This document shows, piece by piece, positions 49,876 through 64,000 of a stretch of DNA of 64,000 nucleotides (position 1 is its first letter; each line of letters opens with the position of its first letter). The stretch spans positions 4,216,001 through 4,280,000 of the forward strand of contig JBHGNT010000013.1 of assembly GCA_043228905.1 (NCBI GenBank), given 5' to 3'. Position numbers and translations under genes: made by a program. The notes below the pieces were generated by a model. It did not search any database, was not told the origin of the DNA, and saw only the letters and a list, made by a program, of their open reading frames with translations. The stretch comes from Azolla caroliniana (lineage: Eukaryota > Plantae > Polypodiophyta).

Positions 49876-52674
49876 AATAATAATAGTAGTAGTAACGATG
49901 TGTAGTCAGGGCTACATTTGTAAATAGCCCATATGATGTATGAGTATGAATGCATCTAGGGCAAAAAATATAGTAAAGAGAGAGAGAGAGAGAGGCGTCG
50001 TAGCCGAGTGAGGTTTGATGCCAAGAGCCCTATGTGGTTGTTACACTATGTAGAGAGAGAGTGTTATTATCTCATCATCTTGTATATCCAATGTATAGTG
50101 AAGATTTGTTCTCCCGTGGTTTTTCCCCATTTAGGGTTTCCACGTAAATCATTGTGTATTGTGCATTTGTTGTTCTCGTGTGTATTTTGTATTTCCGAGT
50201 TAGCCTTTCTCATAGGTTTGAGATTCGATTCTCAACAAACTGGTATCAGAGCTAGAGGTGCAAGCATGGAAGGAGGTGTGAGCAACTTCTCAAGTATGAT
50301 AGTTCTGAACTCTCAGAACTATGCAGACTAGAAGATAAAAATGGAGGACCTTCTCATAGTCAAAGACCTGTACGAGCCAATCGACAAAGCAGAAATACCC
50401 ACGGGGGTATTAGAGTCGAAATGGAAACTTCTTAACAAAAAGACAGTGGCCACCATCCGATGTAAGTGTCCTTCAGCATGTGGCGAATGACACAAAGGCC
50501 CATGAGATGTGGCCGAAGCTATTAGGTCGATACGAGAGGAAGAACGCTCTCAATAAAACCTCACTGATGAGAAAGATCATACAACTGAAATACAGAGACA
50601 GTGAGAGCATCGTCGAACACATCAACACATTCATGGGGTATGTGAACCAACTTGCTGCCCTTGAAGATGCAATGCAGGAAATCCTGCTACTATGCACCCT
50701 GTCGGACAACTGGGAGAACCTAGTGGTGACCCTCAACACCTCGTGTCAAGAAGAGAACTTGTCTCTACAAGCAGTAAAAACAAGTATCTTGAATGAGGAG
50801 ACGATGAGGAAGGACAAGGGACACATGTCCCAATCGGAGTCGAATGTGGCTCAATATATCGGTAGAGGAAGGAATCGGCAAAGGAGTCCACCAAGGAGAG
50901 AAAAGTCTCAAGCCAAGTCGAAGTCTAGAGGTAAGCTAACATGTTTCTATTGCAAAAAACCTGGACACTTCCAGAAGGACTGTCGACACATGAGGAAGGA
51001 CAAAGGTGTCGAACCCAAGAAGATTCCTAATGAAAAGAACACGTCAACTATTGCTACAAGCAATGAAGAACTTTTGTTCATTTGTGAACAAGCAAGAGCA
51101 AACCTGGCAAGCAAAGAATGCACTTGGGTGATTGACTCCGATGCATCTTTCCACATCACTTCGTGGAGAGAGTATTTCTCGACTTACATAGCCGAGGATC
51201 ATGGCTATGTAAAGATGGGTGATAATGGGGAGTGCAAGATAGCCGGAATCGGAAGTGTCTGTCTAACGACGTCAACAGGGTGTCGATTGACTCTAAAGGA
51301 TGTTGACATGTCCTCGATATCAGATTGAATCTTATATCGACTGGAAGACTGGACGATGAATGCTACAATGGTAGTTTTCAGAATGGCAAGTGGAAGCTCT
51401 ACCGAGGAAACCTCATAGTGACCCAAGCATTGAAAGAAGGCATGTTCTATATGATGCAAGCCCGATTGTGCAAGTCGGAAGTGAATGTGGCAGCCGACTC
51501 GGCAGGACAAATATGGCATAAGAGGCTAGGCCACATCTATTAGCCAACCAGAAACTTATACCAGAGGTAAAGGGAGTGCATCTAGAGAAGCATGTCGACT
51601 ACTTAGTTGGAAAGCAGAGTAGAGCAACATTCCACTCAAGACCACCAAGAAGGAGAGAAGTGCCACTAGAACTAGTACACACAGATGTGTGTTATGTGGA
51701 TGGTCCATCACATCGAGGCAGACAATACTTTGCAACTTTCATCGATGACTATAGTCGGAAGTTGTGGGCTTTCGTACTAAATTCAAAAGATCAAGTATTG
51801 TCGTTCTTCAAGGAGTTCCAGGCAAGGACCGAACGGGAGTTAGGTTGGAAGTTGAAAGTTGTCTGAACCGACAATGGTGGTGAATATAGAGGGCAGTTCG
51901 AGGAATACTGCAAGGCCCAAGGTATTCGAATCGAATACACATTGCCGAAGACCCCTGAGTTGAACGGGCTTGCAGAGAGGATGAATCAAACAATCATGGA
52001 GAGAGTAAGGAGCATGCTCTCTCATGCCAAACTGCTGAAATCATATTGGGTTGAGGCGGTGTACACAACGGTTTACCTCATCAACAGGTCCCCCTCAGTA
52101 CCATTGAAAGGTGATGTCCCACAAAGGGTGTGGACGGGAAAGGATGTCTCTTGCCGACACCTGAGGGTGTTCAGATGCTTAGTGTATATGCATGTTGCAA
52201 AGGATCAAAGGTCGAAGCTCGATAGTAAGTCGAAACCATGCATATTTATGGGATACTTGGAGGATGAGTTCGGCTACAGGCTATGGGATGTAGAGGATAA
52301 GAAGGTGGTGAGGAGTCGGGATGTAGTTTTCTTGGAATACAAAACAATTGAGGACTAGAAGAAATAGAAGTCGGAATCGACTCCCCAGTTGCCCTCGACT
52401 ACCACCTTAAGACTAGTTGAACTGACACAGTTGGCTAATCAGAGATAGCTAGATGGAAGAGTTGAATCAGAGTCCGTCGACTCAGAGCAACTGACCTATG
52501 AGTTAGAATCGACAGACCTATTGAAGTCGATCGAAGAATATGAATCAGAGTAAGTGGACATCCGACAACCAATCGACATGAATGAACCTGAGCCAAGAGA
52601 AGAGTTGGCAGAGACATCCGAGCCGGAGCCAATGATGAATGGAAGGAGATACCCTCTTAGAGATAGAAGAACAT

Positions 52675-53315
52675 TGATGAGAGACAGATGATAGAAAGAA
52701 GAGAGAAGGAAGATATATATATCCAAAACCACAAAGATCTATTGATAATGAATAATCATGATGGAAGGAAAAGAGAAAAAAGATACATAAATCCAAGTCT
52801 ACAACGATGTATGGATAACAACACAACCACACTACATGAATAGGCAAGAAAAACACCACAAGAAAGAGACCCCTCCTACCAACTTACTCTTCTTTCTTTA
52901 TATAAAGTTCTCTTCCACTAGATAAGTTTCCCTTGCTTTTTTTTTATGCTTTTTTTAGAGTTTTTCATCGAGTCCTATTCTTATCTATGACACAACAATC
53001 TTCAAATCGTCATATCTCCCTCGTCCAAGCTCCAAATTTAGAGCTTTAAAAAGCTACGTATAGCTCTCTTCATAAACTTTTCAATCCATATTTGCACATT
53101 ATATTTGGCTTCCAAATGAATGAGTTACGAGCGTTCGTTTTAGACTATGTTTTGGTGACCCGCTTTTTTCTTCTTTTACTTTTCTCCATCTTTCTTGCTT
53201 TTAGTTTGACTTATCCTTGAGACCTTGGTTCGTGATCTTGCCCTCCGTATGTGAATGCACCATACCTTATATTCTTGTAGACTTCAATACCTTGAATTCT
53301 AAAAACACTTTCACA
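52675..53315. mobile_element. Probable solo LTR (641 bp) in the copia INT-RT linker
   Basis: TG...CA non-coding insert flanked by AACAT/AACAC. The host frame (RYPLRDRR...YI..DEGEP) resumes after it. Confidence 0.55.
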
Positions 53316-56300
53316 AACACCACCAATATATGTCAGTCAATACATCCCTTTGATTGATGAAGGTGAACCAGAGTGCAATGAAGAAGCCACAACCGACAAG
53401 CATAGTGAGAAGTGGCTAAATGCAATGCAAGAAGAGATGGATTTCTTGCACGAGAATTATACCTACGACCTAGTAGAGCTACCAAAAGGTAAAGAGAGCA
53501 CTCAGGAATAAATGGGTCTACAAATTGAAGATTGGAGAAGCCGACAATGCGCCCAAGTATAAAGTTCACATTGTGGTGAAGGGTTTCCAACATAAAAAGG
53601 GTGCCGACTTCGACGAGATTTTCGCACAAGTCGTGAAGATGACATCCATCTGAACTGTTCTGAGCATAACTGCCAGCATGGACCTAGAGATCGAAGAATT
53701 GGATGTCAAGACAACATTCTTGCATGGGGAGCTAGATGAAGAGCTTTACATGCAACAACCCGAAGGCTTTGAGGAGAAAGGGAAAGAGAACCTGGTGTGT
53801 CGACTGAAGAAAAGCTTGTATGGTCTAAAACAAGCTCCACACTTGTCATGATATAGCATGGTATGGCATTAAAAGGATTTGAACCCATGACATTGTGTCG
53901 CATGGATTGAAGCCCTACCATTAAGCTATACATTGTAATACAAAAAATATTGTTTTCATTTATTATTTCACTATAGAAAATTGATGTATATTCCAGATTT
54001 CTCTGGAACATTCTAGAAACTTCAGGATTACTCCTGATAGCACTATAAAAAGAGGCACTAGGCATTATTTCAAACCAATTCGGTTCAAACTGTCAAGGAT
54101 AGTACTAAAAACAAAGAGAGAATTAGTACTAGAGAAGGAAAGTACTATGAGGATTAGTACTACGAGGAAGGTAGTGTGTAGGACGAGAGAGAGAGAGAGA
54201 GAGAGAGAATGAAGATAACATGTGATATATTATATGAAGAGTAAGTACAAGAATAGCTTGGAGGCTTAAGATTTTACGTTGACGTTTTTGATAAGGTAAA
54301 AGCTAGTACTCTTCCTCATTATCAACCGTATAATTGGCCCATTGATTTACAAACAAGAAAAGAACCACCGTGGGGATCAATCTACAACTTGTCACCAACA
54401 GAGCTTGAAGTTCTTCGAGCTTACATAGAGGAAAATTTGGCAAACAGGTTCATTCGACATTCGAAATCTCCAGCCGGTGCACCCATTTTCTTCGTCAAGA
54501 AAAAAGATGGCTCACTTCTTCTAGTCGTGGATTACCGTGGCTTGAATAAGGTCACCATCAGGAATAGGTATGCACTTCCCTTGATCTCGAGTTTTTTAGA
54601 AAGGATTAATGGCGCCAAGTTTTTCACAAAAATTGACTTACGAGGAGCATATAAACTTGTACGGATTCAAGTGGGAGACAAATGGAAGACAGCTTTCCGC
54701 ACTTGATATGGGCACTTCGAGTATACAGTTATGCCATTCGGCCTCACCAATGCGTCAGCAGTCTTCCAACACATGGCAAATGATATATTCTGAGATCTTT
54801 TGGACATCTGTTTAATCATCTACTTGGATGATATGCTAGTTTATTCAAAGACATAGGAGGAGCATGATTCTCATGTACTATTAGTACTAAGACGACTACG
54901 ACAACATGGTCTTTATGCAAAGCTGGAGAAGTGTAGTTTTGATTGTAGCCAAGTGGAATTTCTCGGCTATGTCATTTCCTCGAAAGGCATCTTTATGGAT
55001 TCAGCTAAAGTCCAAATTGTGTTAGAGTGGCAGACTCCACATTCGTTGTGAGATGTGCAATGCTTTCTAGGATTCGCAAACTTCTATCGCAAGTTTATAC
55101 AAGACTACTCAAATTTTATTTTGCCGCTCACACAACTTACAAAGAAGGGTCAATCATTTGTTTGGTCTAAGGAAGCGGACATGGCATTTTAAGGTCTCAG
55201 GAAAGCATTTACATCGGCTCCTGTTTTAGCTCATGTTGATCCGCAAAAACCATTTATCATGGAGGCAGATGCATTAGATTTCACCCTCGGTAATATTTTA
55301 TCACAACAAGGTGACGAAGAGAAGCTACATCCCTTGGCGTTTCACTCACGCAAATTTGACACCGCCGAAATCAACTACGAGATACATGACAAGGAGCTAT
55401 TAGCAATAGTGGACTCTTTTGCACAATGGAGGCATTTTTTAGAAGGATCTCCTCATCAAGTCACTGTATTCAATGATCACAAGAATCTTGCCTACTTTCA
55501 GAATGCTCGCGTGTTAAATAGACGACAAGCTCGGTGGGCTTAGTTCCTCACTCATTTTGATTTTAAGATTACATATCATCTGAGCAAGCAATAGGGGAAT
55601 GCAAATGCATTATCTTGACGTTCATATCTAGCTCCTCGTCCTGATGATCTAGCCTTCGACAATCAAAAGCAAGTAATCCTGGGTCCGACACGACTTCAAG
55701 CAACGTGGGTCTTTGAAAATTGACACTCCATTGTATTCCTGCATTATCGATACCATACGTGAAGATTTGAAGACGGATGTTTTCACTCAAGCTATTCTAG
55801 ATCAAATTGATTCTTCTCGGGCATCTTGTTCACGATCACAAAAACCAGGTATAGATTATCAACAATTCAAATGTCATAATGGATTACTCTTCTTTAAGAA
55901 ACTTTTGTATGTTCCCAATGGTTCGTGCCACCTTCGAAGTACAAAATTGTCATGACAAATATACAGTCAGACGTTTTGGTAGTACTAAAACATTGGATTT
56001 AGTACAACGATCATTTTGGTGGCCTCATATGTGAAGATTTGTTGAAGACTATGTTCGAACATGTGATACATGTTGTAGAGCGAAGATGTTGAGACATCAT
56101 CCATATGGTTTGTTGGAGCCATTACCGATCCCAAGCAAACCATGGCAATCTATTTCTCTCGATTTTATCACAGATCTTCCGGATTCAAGGGTTTTCAATG
56201 CAATCTTAATAGCGGTAGATCGATTTACTAAGATGGCACATTTTGTGCCCTATACTAAAGAAATTACTAGTGAAGAAACCATCGTAATTATTATGCGTGA

Positions 56301-57538
56301 AGTATTTCGGCATCATGATCTTCCGGACAGTATCATCAATGATCGTGGACCGCAATTCGTCGCTAAATTTTGGAAGCATCTCTTTTAAATGGTCAAGGTC
56401 ACCTGCAACCTCTCCTTCAGCTATCATCCCCAAACAAATGGACAAGCTGAACGTACCAATCAAACGTTGGAACAATATCTTTGGTGTTTCGTAAGCTATC
56501 AACAGGATGATTGGGCGGATATTCTACATTTTGGTTAATTTGCTTATAATAATTCTATCCACTCATCTACTAGGGTTTCACCATTCTATGCTTATATCGG
56601 CTACCATCCTCGCTGGTGTATGTTAGAAACTCCTGAGTTACCCACAAATCCTAGTCTAGAGGATCATTTGGAGCGGTTACGACGAATTCAGGTAGAACTA
56701 TCTACCCACCTACATCACGCCTAGCAAACACAGAAGGACTATGCAGATTGTCATCAGCTTCCATCCCCTTTTAATATTGGAGATTGAGTATGGCTATTAC
56801 CATGGCACATCAAGACTACTCGATCGTGTGACAAACTGGATTCTCAACGGTTAGGCCCTTTCCGTATTAATGGAAAAATTAATGATGCTACTTTTGGCCT
56901 TGATCTTCCTCTGCAACTACGGATACATCCCCCATACATCCAATATTTAATAGTTCTCTCCTAGAACCCTATCAAGATAGCGTTATCCCAAATCGTATTA
57001 CACCACCTCCACCCCCGCTCGAACTTGAAGATGGACCTGAGTTCGAGGTTGCTGCCATCCTCAACTCCAAGATTGTTCGCAACAAGCTCTATTATTTGGT
57101 TGATTGGCTCGAATATAGTCCAAGCGAGCGTACTTGGGAACTAGTGATGAATTTGGCGAATGCTCGAGCTCTTCTTGAAGACTTCCATCGTCAATATCCA
57201 AACAAACCAAGTCCTCAATCAAAGACAACTTGTAACACTCGTCATTTAAAAAGTGGGATAGTGTCATGATATAACATGGTATGGCATTTAAAGGATTTGA
57301 ACCCATGACCTTGTGTCACATGGGTTGAAGCCTTACCATTAAGCTATACATTGTAATACAAAATATAGAAAATTGATGTATATTCCAAATTTTATAGAAC
57401 ATTCTAGAAACTTCAGGAGTATTTGTGATAGCACTATAAAAAGAGGCACAAGGCATTATTTCAAACCAATTTACGCCAGTCTTAAGCCTCCTAACTATTC
57501 TTGTACTTACTCTTCATATAATATATCACTTGTTATCA

Positions 57539-57603
<65 letters not shown>

Positions 57604-57605
<2 letters not shown>

Positions 57606-58649
57606 GATGGAATGAATGTGCTACACGCCTCTTAGAGGCGGGCAAGCGAGCATACTATGCATTTGAGAACACATGCAATCTTGGAGATATTAAGTGTTGG
57701 GTTCTCAAGAAATATCTTTTCGACACTTTGGTGACACCGGTTCTTCTTTATGGGGTGGAAGTATGGTGCGGTAGCATCCCTAAATCTATGTGGAAAGAGT
57801 TTGAAAATGTCCAAAACCATTTTCTTACCAAGTTTCTACAAGTTAAGAAACAAACGCCCTACACCCTCCTCCTCCTTGAGATGGGATCGCTTCCCATTGA
57901 GATCATGGCCATGGAAAGGGTTCTTGAATACATGCTTAAGGTTCAAAAAAGTTCCTCACATCGACTTCCTAGAATTGCGTGGGAAGCAAGCAAAAAGATC
58001 CAAAAGACGCATAAAAGCAAAATTTTGTGTTCCAGTTGGATGCAAGATATAGAAAAATGGTTTGGTAGATGGGATGCAAGACACTTGCTTCATGATGCAT
58101 CATTAGATTCCTCTATAAATGAGGCATTTTTGCAACGCCAATGTATCATGACATGGGACAAATGTGGAGGCTCATGCTTCACACATTATACTACACATGT
58201 TGCACCTAAATACAAAACCATATTCTTTGTGGAACGGGGAAATCGTACACATCCATACATGTTAGAGCCCATACCGTTATCTGCCATTCGAACCATTGCT
58301 TCCATACGACTTAGCTCACATGCATTGCGATGTGAAATAGGGTGTTGGGGTACAAGTGATGAGAGTGGTCGGCTATGCACACTTTGCCCTAAACAAGTTC
58401 GCGAGTCTGAGTATCACACTTTGATACAGTGCTCTGCCTTTGATCATATTCGACCATGCTTTCCACATGTCTTTGATCGAGCCCAATCTTTGCATGAATT
58501 CCTCTCACAACCACAATGTGCACTCTCAATTGCAACATTCATTGGTAAAGTTCTTGAACATCGAGAGTCACTACTCACTTTCACACGTATCACGTGAAAT
58601 GTAATATTTTTTGTCTCATAGGTCATATTTGACCTCCGAAGACGATAAT

Positions 58650-58655
<6 letters not shown>
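57604..58655 (+). mobile_element. 5'-truncated non-L1 LINE (RTE/RTEX-like) 3' end
   Basis: VTPVLLYGVEVW and C-terminal CTLC...EYHTLIQC. The 3' UTR ends in gataatataatctctct. Confidence 0.8.
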
Positions 58656-58688
<33 letters not shown>

Positions 58689-58689
58689 C

Positions 58690-60815
58690 ACGACTTGTCT
58701 ATGCATTGTAAGAATTTATATGAGTTATCTCTTGCCGGAAAGATGATGTGTTATGGTTCTCTTTCACATATGTCTCCCTTCTTTACAATTGAAGATATAT
58801 GCATAGGACTTAAGAATTTGGTCTCTCGAAAGGCAAGTGATCTTCAATGTATAAAGGCTCAAATGCTCAGATGGATGGAAAGGAACCACATGTATAGATA
58901 AGCGATATGTTAAATGATGCATTGCAACATTGTATGCCGTGCGATTTGACTACAAATTGGATCAAACCTTTACATAAAGGTAGAGATGTAAATCATGTAA
59001 ACAACTATTGAACCATCATGGTTGGCTCATTAATGGCAAAACTATTTGGATGTATAATGGAATCAAAGATAAGTGTATGGGCTGAAAAAAATGGTAAGAG
59101 AGCTTATGGACAAGCTGGCTTTCGAAAACACCATAGCACCATTGATCACCTTGTCACTGTTCGAGTATTAATGGAGGAAAGTTGCCTTAGAGGTAAAGGT
59201 TTATATTGTTGCTTTGTAGACTTCAAGAAAGCATTTGATATGGTATCTCGTGAGCATCTTTGGAGGCGAATGGAAGAACTTGAGGTGCCAAGTGAATATA
59301 TGCTTGCAATTTCCCGAATTTATGAGAAGGTTATATGTTGTGTGCGCATGAGAGATAAACTTTCAGATTTTTTCAAAACCACTATTGGTGTTAAGCAAGG
59401 ATGCCCACTCTCACCAACACTATTTGGTCTATGCATTGATGAATTGGATGAAATGGTTACCAAGTTTGCAAAGGAAGAATGTGTTGAAGAAGTTGTCATT
59501 GGGAATGTTGTGATTATGCTTTTGCTATATGCAGATGATGTAGTGTTTTTTGCAAATAATTTAGGAGATGCACAAAAGTTTATGGAGGCATTGGAAAAAT
59601 TTTGCATGCATATTAAATTAAGTGTCAATAGCTCTAAAACAAAGATTATGCTTGTGAAGAGCCAAAAAAAAGATAAACCATGCATTATGTACAACAATGA
59701 GCCACTTGAATGTGTGGAAAGTTTCAAATATCTTGGCCTTGAAGTTCCTTCAAATCATAGATGGAATGAATGTGCTACACGCCACTTAGAGGCGGGTAAG
59801 TGAGCATACTATGCATTTGAGAACACATGCAATCTTGGAGATATTAAGTGTTGGGTCCTCAAGAAATATCTTTTCGACACTTTGGTGACACCGGTTCTTC
59901 TCTATGGGGTGGAAGTATGGGGCAGTAGCATACCTAAATCTATGTGGAAAGAGTTTGAAAATGTCCAAAACCATTTTCTTACAAAGTTTCTACAAGTTAA
60001 GAAACAAACGCCCTACACCCTCCTCCTTGAGACGAGATCGCTTCCCATTGAGATCATGGCCATGGAAAGGGTTCTTGAATACATGCTTAAGGTTCAAAAA
60101 ATTCCCTTACATCAACTTCCTAGATTTGCATGGGAAGCAAGCAAAAAGATCCAAAAGACGCATAAAAGCAAAATTTTGTGTTTCGGTTGGATGCAAGGTA
60201 TAGAAAAATGGTTTGGTAGATGGGATGCAAGACACTTGCTTCATGATGCATCATTAGATTCCTCTGTAAATGAGGCATTTTTGCAACGCCAATGTATCAT
60301 GGCATGGGACAAATGTGGAGGCTCACGCTTCACACATTATACTACACATGTTGCACCTAAATACAAAACCATATTCTTTGCAGAACGGGGAAATCGTACA
60401 AATCGATACATGTTAGAGCCCATCCCATTATCTACCATTTGAACCATTGCTTCCATGCGACTTAGCTCACATGCATTGCGATGTGAGATAGGGCGTTGGG
60501 GCACAAGTGATGAGAGTGGTCGGCTATGCATACTTTGCCCTAAACAAGTGTGCGAGTCTGAGTATCACACTTTGATACAGTGCTCTGCCTTTGATCATAT
60601 TCAACCATGCTTTCCACATGTCTTCGACCGAGCGCAATCCTTGCATGAATTCCTCTCACAACCACAATGTGCACTCTCGATTGCAACATTCATCGGTAAA
60701 GTTGTTGAACATCGAGAGTCACTACTCACTTTCACACGTATCACGTGAAACGTAATATTTTTTGGTCTCATAGGTCATATTTGACCTCCAAAGACAATAA
60801 TATAATCTATCTATC
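58690..60815 (+). pseudogene. Longer 5'-truncated copy of the same LINE, including the RT domain
   Basis: Motifs: QAGFRKHHST, FVDFKKAFD, GVKQGCPLSPTLF, LYADD, FKYLG. Internal stops present. Confidence 0.88.
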
Positions 60816-62702
60816 TATCTATCTCATCCTACACACTACCTTCCTCTTAATACTAATCCTCATAGTACTTTCCTTCTCTAGTACTAATTCTCTCTTTGTT
60901 TTTGGTACTATCCCTGACAACGCCAGTGGTACAAGAAGTTCAAATCCTTCATGGTGGAACATGGGTTCCAAAAAACACAGACAAATCACAATGTGTTCGT
61001 CAAAAGGTACGCCAAAGGTGACTTCTTGATTCTTTTATTATATGTAGATGACATGTTGATAATCGGTCAAGATACAAGGAAGATAGGATGCTTGAAGAAA
61101 GCTCTAGGCAAATCGTTTGCCATGAAAGATCTTGGACCGGCTAAACAGATCTTGGGAATGCACATAATTCGAGATAGAACTAAACTAAGAAAGTGTTGTG
61201 GTTGTCACAACAGAAGTATGTGACAAAGATACTAGAGAGATTGAACATGTCAGAAGCAAAGCCGATCGGCTCGGTGTTGCCGACAAACTACAAGTTAAAT
61301 ACAAAGCAATGCCCAAGAGAGGAGAAAGAAAAGGCTGAGATGAGGAAAATATCATATGCCCCAGCCATCGACAGTCTAATGTATGCTTTGGTCTGCAAGA
61401 GATTAGACATAGCTTTTGTTGTGGGGACAATAAGTCGATACATGAGTAATCCAAGACGAGAACATTGGGCAACGGTGAAGTGGATGCTCAAGTACTTAAA
61501 AAGCACCTCGGTGTTATGCTTAAGGTATGGTGTTGGAAAACCCATGCTTGAAGGGTTTACCGACTTGCACATGTTGGGGGATGTAGACTCAAGTCGATCT
61601 AGCTCGGGGTACGTGATGGCCTATGCATGGGGAGCTGTGTTGTAGCAGTCATGACTACAGAAGTCTGTGGCCTTGTCGACCATAGAGGCAGAGTACATGG
61701 CAACGGAAGAGGCCGGCAAAGAGCTAATTTGGATGAGGAATTTTCTCAGCGAGTTGGGGATGAAGTAAAGGGAGTTCTTGCTTCATTGTGACAGCCAGAG
61801 TGCCATACATCTAACAAAGAATGCAGGAAAAAGTTGAAGAAGGAGAGTTTACTATCATGAAGATCCATACCGACGAAAATGGATCTGACATGTTGACAAA
61901 GAACCTGTCGATGGACAGACTTAGAGTATGTCGACAGAAGACAGGACAGATCGATTCCCTCCCACAGGAGTGAAGGGGGAGTTTGTTGGAAATATGTCCC
62001 TCTAGTGGGAGGAGCTGGTTGTTTGGGCCGAGAAGAGTCGACAGTCGAAGACAAGGAGGAGCCGACTGTTCGGGTCGAGTACCGATAGTTGAAGAGTCGA
62101 CAATAGAGAGTCAACTGATTAACTGTCGATTATTATTATTGTGATAATAATAATAATAATATAGTAGAGGCTACATTTGTAAATAACCTATATGATGTAT
62201 GAGTATGAATACATCTAGGGCAAAAAATATAGTAAAGAGAGAGAGAGAGAAAGAAAGAAAGCAAGAAATATTAACGTCTTCTAAGGCCAAAATTGGCCCA
62301 TGAGACAAATGGTTTACAAAAAAATGGGATATTTACCCATTCATCGAAAGTAAAAATAAAAATAAAATAAAAAATAGAGAGAGAGTTGAAACAATACTGT
62401 GTGAGCCTCTGTTGGTGCTAGTGATAGAGAAGAGAGGTCGAGAGGTCGAGAGAGTGGCACCGTAGCCGAGTGAGGTTTGATGCCAAGAGCCCTGTGTGGC
62501 TGTTACACTTTGTAGAGAGAGAGTGTTATAATCTCATCATCTTGTATATCCACTGTATAGTGAAGATTTGTTCTCCAGTGGTTTCCCCTCGTTTATGGTT
62601 TCCGCGTCGTAAATCACTGTGTATTGTGGATTTGCTGTTTCCGTGTGTATTTTGTATTTCTGAGTTAGTATTTCTCACAGGTTTGAGATTTGATTCTCAA
62701 TA

Positions 62703-63760
62703 GTTCCTTCAAATTATAGATGGAATGAATGTGCTACACGCCACTTAGAGGCGGGTAAGTGAGCATACTATGCATTTGAGAACACATGCAATCTTGGCGA
62801 TATTAATTGTTGGGTTCTCAAGAAATATCTTTTCGACACTTTGGTGACATTGGTTCTTCTCTATGGGGTGGAAGTATGGGGCGGTAGCCTCCCTAAATCT
62901 ATGTGGAAAGAGTTTGAAAATGTCCAAAAACATTTTCTTACAAAGTTTCTACAAACACCCTACATCCTCCTCCTCCTTGAGATGGGATCGCTTCCCATTG
63001 AGATCATGGCCATGGAAATGGTTCTTGAATACATGCTTAAGGTTCAAAAAAGTCCCTCACATCGACTTCCTAGAATTGTGTGGGAAGCAAGCAAAAAGAT
63101 CCAAAAGACGCATAAAAGCAAAATTTTGTGTTCCGGTTGGATGCAAGATATAGAAAAATGGTTTGGTAGATGGGATGCAAGACACTTGCTTCATGATGCA
63201 TCATTAGATTCCTCAGTAAATGAGGCCTTTTTGCAATGCCAATGTATCATGGCATGGGACAAATGTGGAAGCTCTTGCTTCACACATTATATTACACATG
63301 TTGAACGTAACTACAAAACCAATTTCTTCGCGGAACAATGAAACCGTACACATCAATACATGTTAGAGCCCATCCCGTTATCTACCATTCGAACCATTGC
63401 TTCCATGCAACTTAGCTCACATGCACTACGATGTGAGACGGGGCGTTAGGGCACAAGTGATGAGAGTGGCCGGTTATGCACACTTTGCCCTAAACAAGTT
63501 TGAGAGTCTTAAGTATCACACTTTGCCACAATGCTTTGCCTTTGATCATATTCGACCATGCTTTCCACATGTCTTTGATCGAGCCCAATCCTTGCACGAA
63601 TTTCTCTCACAACCACAATGTGCACTCTCGATTGCAACATTCATTGGTAAAGTTCTTGAACATCGAGAGTCGCTACTCACTTTCACACGTATCACGTGAA
63701 GTGTAATATTTTTTGGTCTCATAGGTCATATTTGACCTCCGTGACGATAATATAATCTAT
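62703..63760 (+). mobile_element. Third truncated copy of the same LINE
   Basis: Colinear with 59743-60810. Ends in gataatataatctatct followed by (TCTCTG)n. Confidence 0.85.
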
Positions 63761-63869
63761 CTTTGTCTCTGTCTCTGTCTCTCTTTGTGGGTGTTTGGGA
63801 TTTTACCGAAGACCATCATCATGGCATGTATAGAGAGGCTTTGGTGTTTTCCCTGGCCATTTTTCAGAG

Positions 63870-64000
63870 GGGCATTGCCGGGCAAATAAAGGAAAAGAAT
63901 GCAAAGGGAAGGGCATTTGGGGAAATAAAGATAAAGAATGCGAAGGAAAGGGCATTTGGGGAAATAAAGGAAAAGAATGCGAAGGAAAGGGCATTTGGGG
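63870..64000. repeat. 39-bp purine-rich tandem repeat running off the window end
   Basis: gggcatttggggaaataaaggaaaagaatgcgaaggaaa occurs about three times. Confidence 0.8.

Larger units (their letters stand above)
53844..60919 (+). mobile_element. Second chromovirus copy: rearranged 5' LTR, gag/PR deleted, RT-RH-INT-chromodomain, 3' LTR 57262-60919 split by LINEs
   Basis: LTRs are homologous to 7091/13788 in the opposite orientation. Degenerate TSD ACACT/ACGCC. ORFs 54389, 55259 and 56086. Confidence 0.9.
49876..62702 (+). mobile_element. Copia related to the 19247 element: partial 5' LTR to 50237, PBS 50241, gag-pol interrupted by nests, PPT and 3' LTR 61984-62702
   Basis: LTR homology between 49900-50237 and 62160-62702. 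RT resumes in register across the gypsy insertion (LKQAP|RQWYKKF). GAAGGGGGAG PPT. Confidence 0.9.

Overview
Repeat-dominated land-plant genomic DNA. It contains spliceosomal introns and TGGTATCAGAGC tRNA-iMet PBSs; the chromovirus and LINE types suggest a non-seed plant such as a fern or lycophyte, which is an inference. The only cellular gene is a six-exon glucuronokinase (40761-44153, +, about 352 aa) that needs two GC-AG introns. Nearly everything else is nested retrotransposons: about ten Ty1/copia copies (one nearly intact at 19247-24784), two chromodomain Ty3/gypsy copies, two gag(-protease) remnants of a non-chromoviral gypsy family, a 1.39-kb TRIM-like element, L1 and RTE-like LINE fragments, and a hAT-type MITE. 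Target-site duplications (TSDs) resolve several nests, including a 24.3-kb copia (15330-39651). The most interesting signals are: (1) all four chromovirus LTRs carry a tRNA-like A-box/B-box Pol III cassette; (2) the chromovirus and the TRIM lack a tRNA PBS and have Tf1-style self-priming complementarity; (3) one chromovirus copy has an inversion bounded by those self-priming repeats; (4) the gene has two GC donors and a palindromic GGTTAA array in its promoter. Coordinates were counted by eye and may be off by a few bases.
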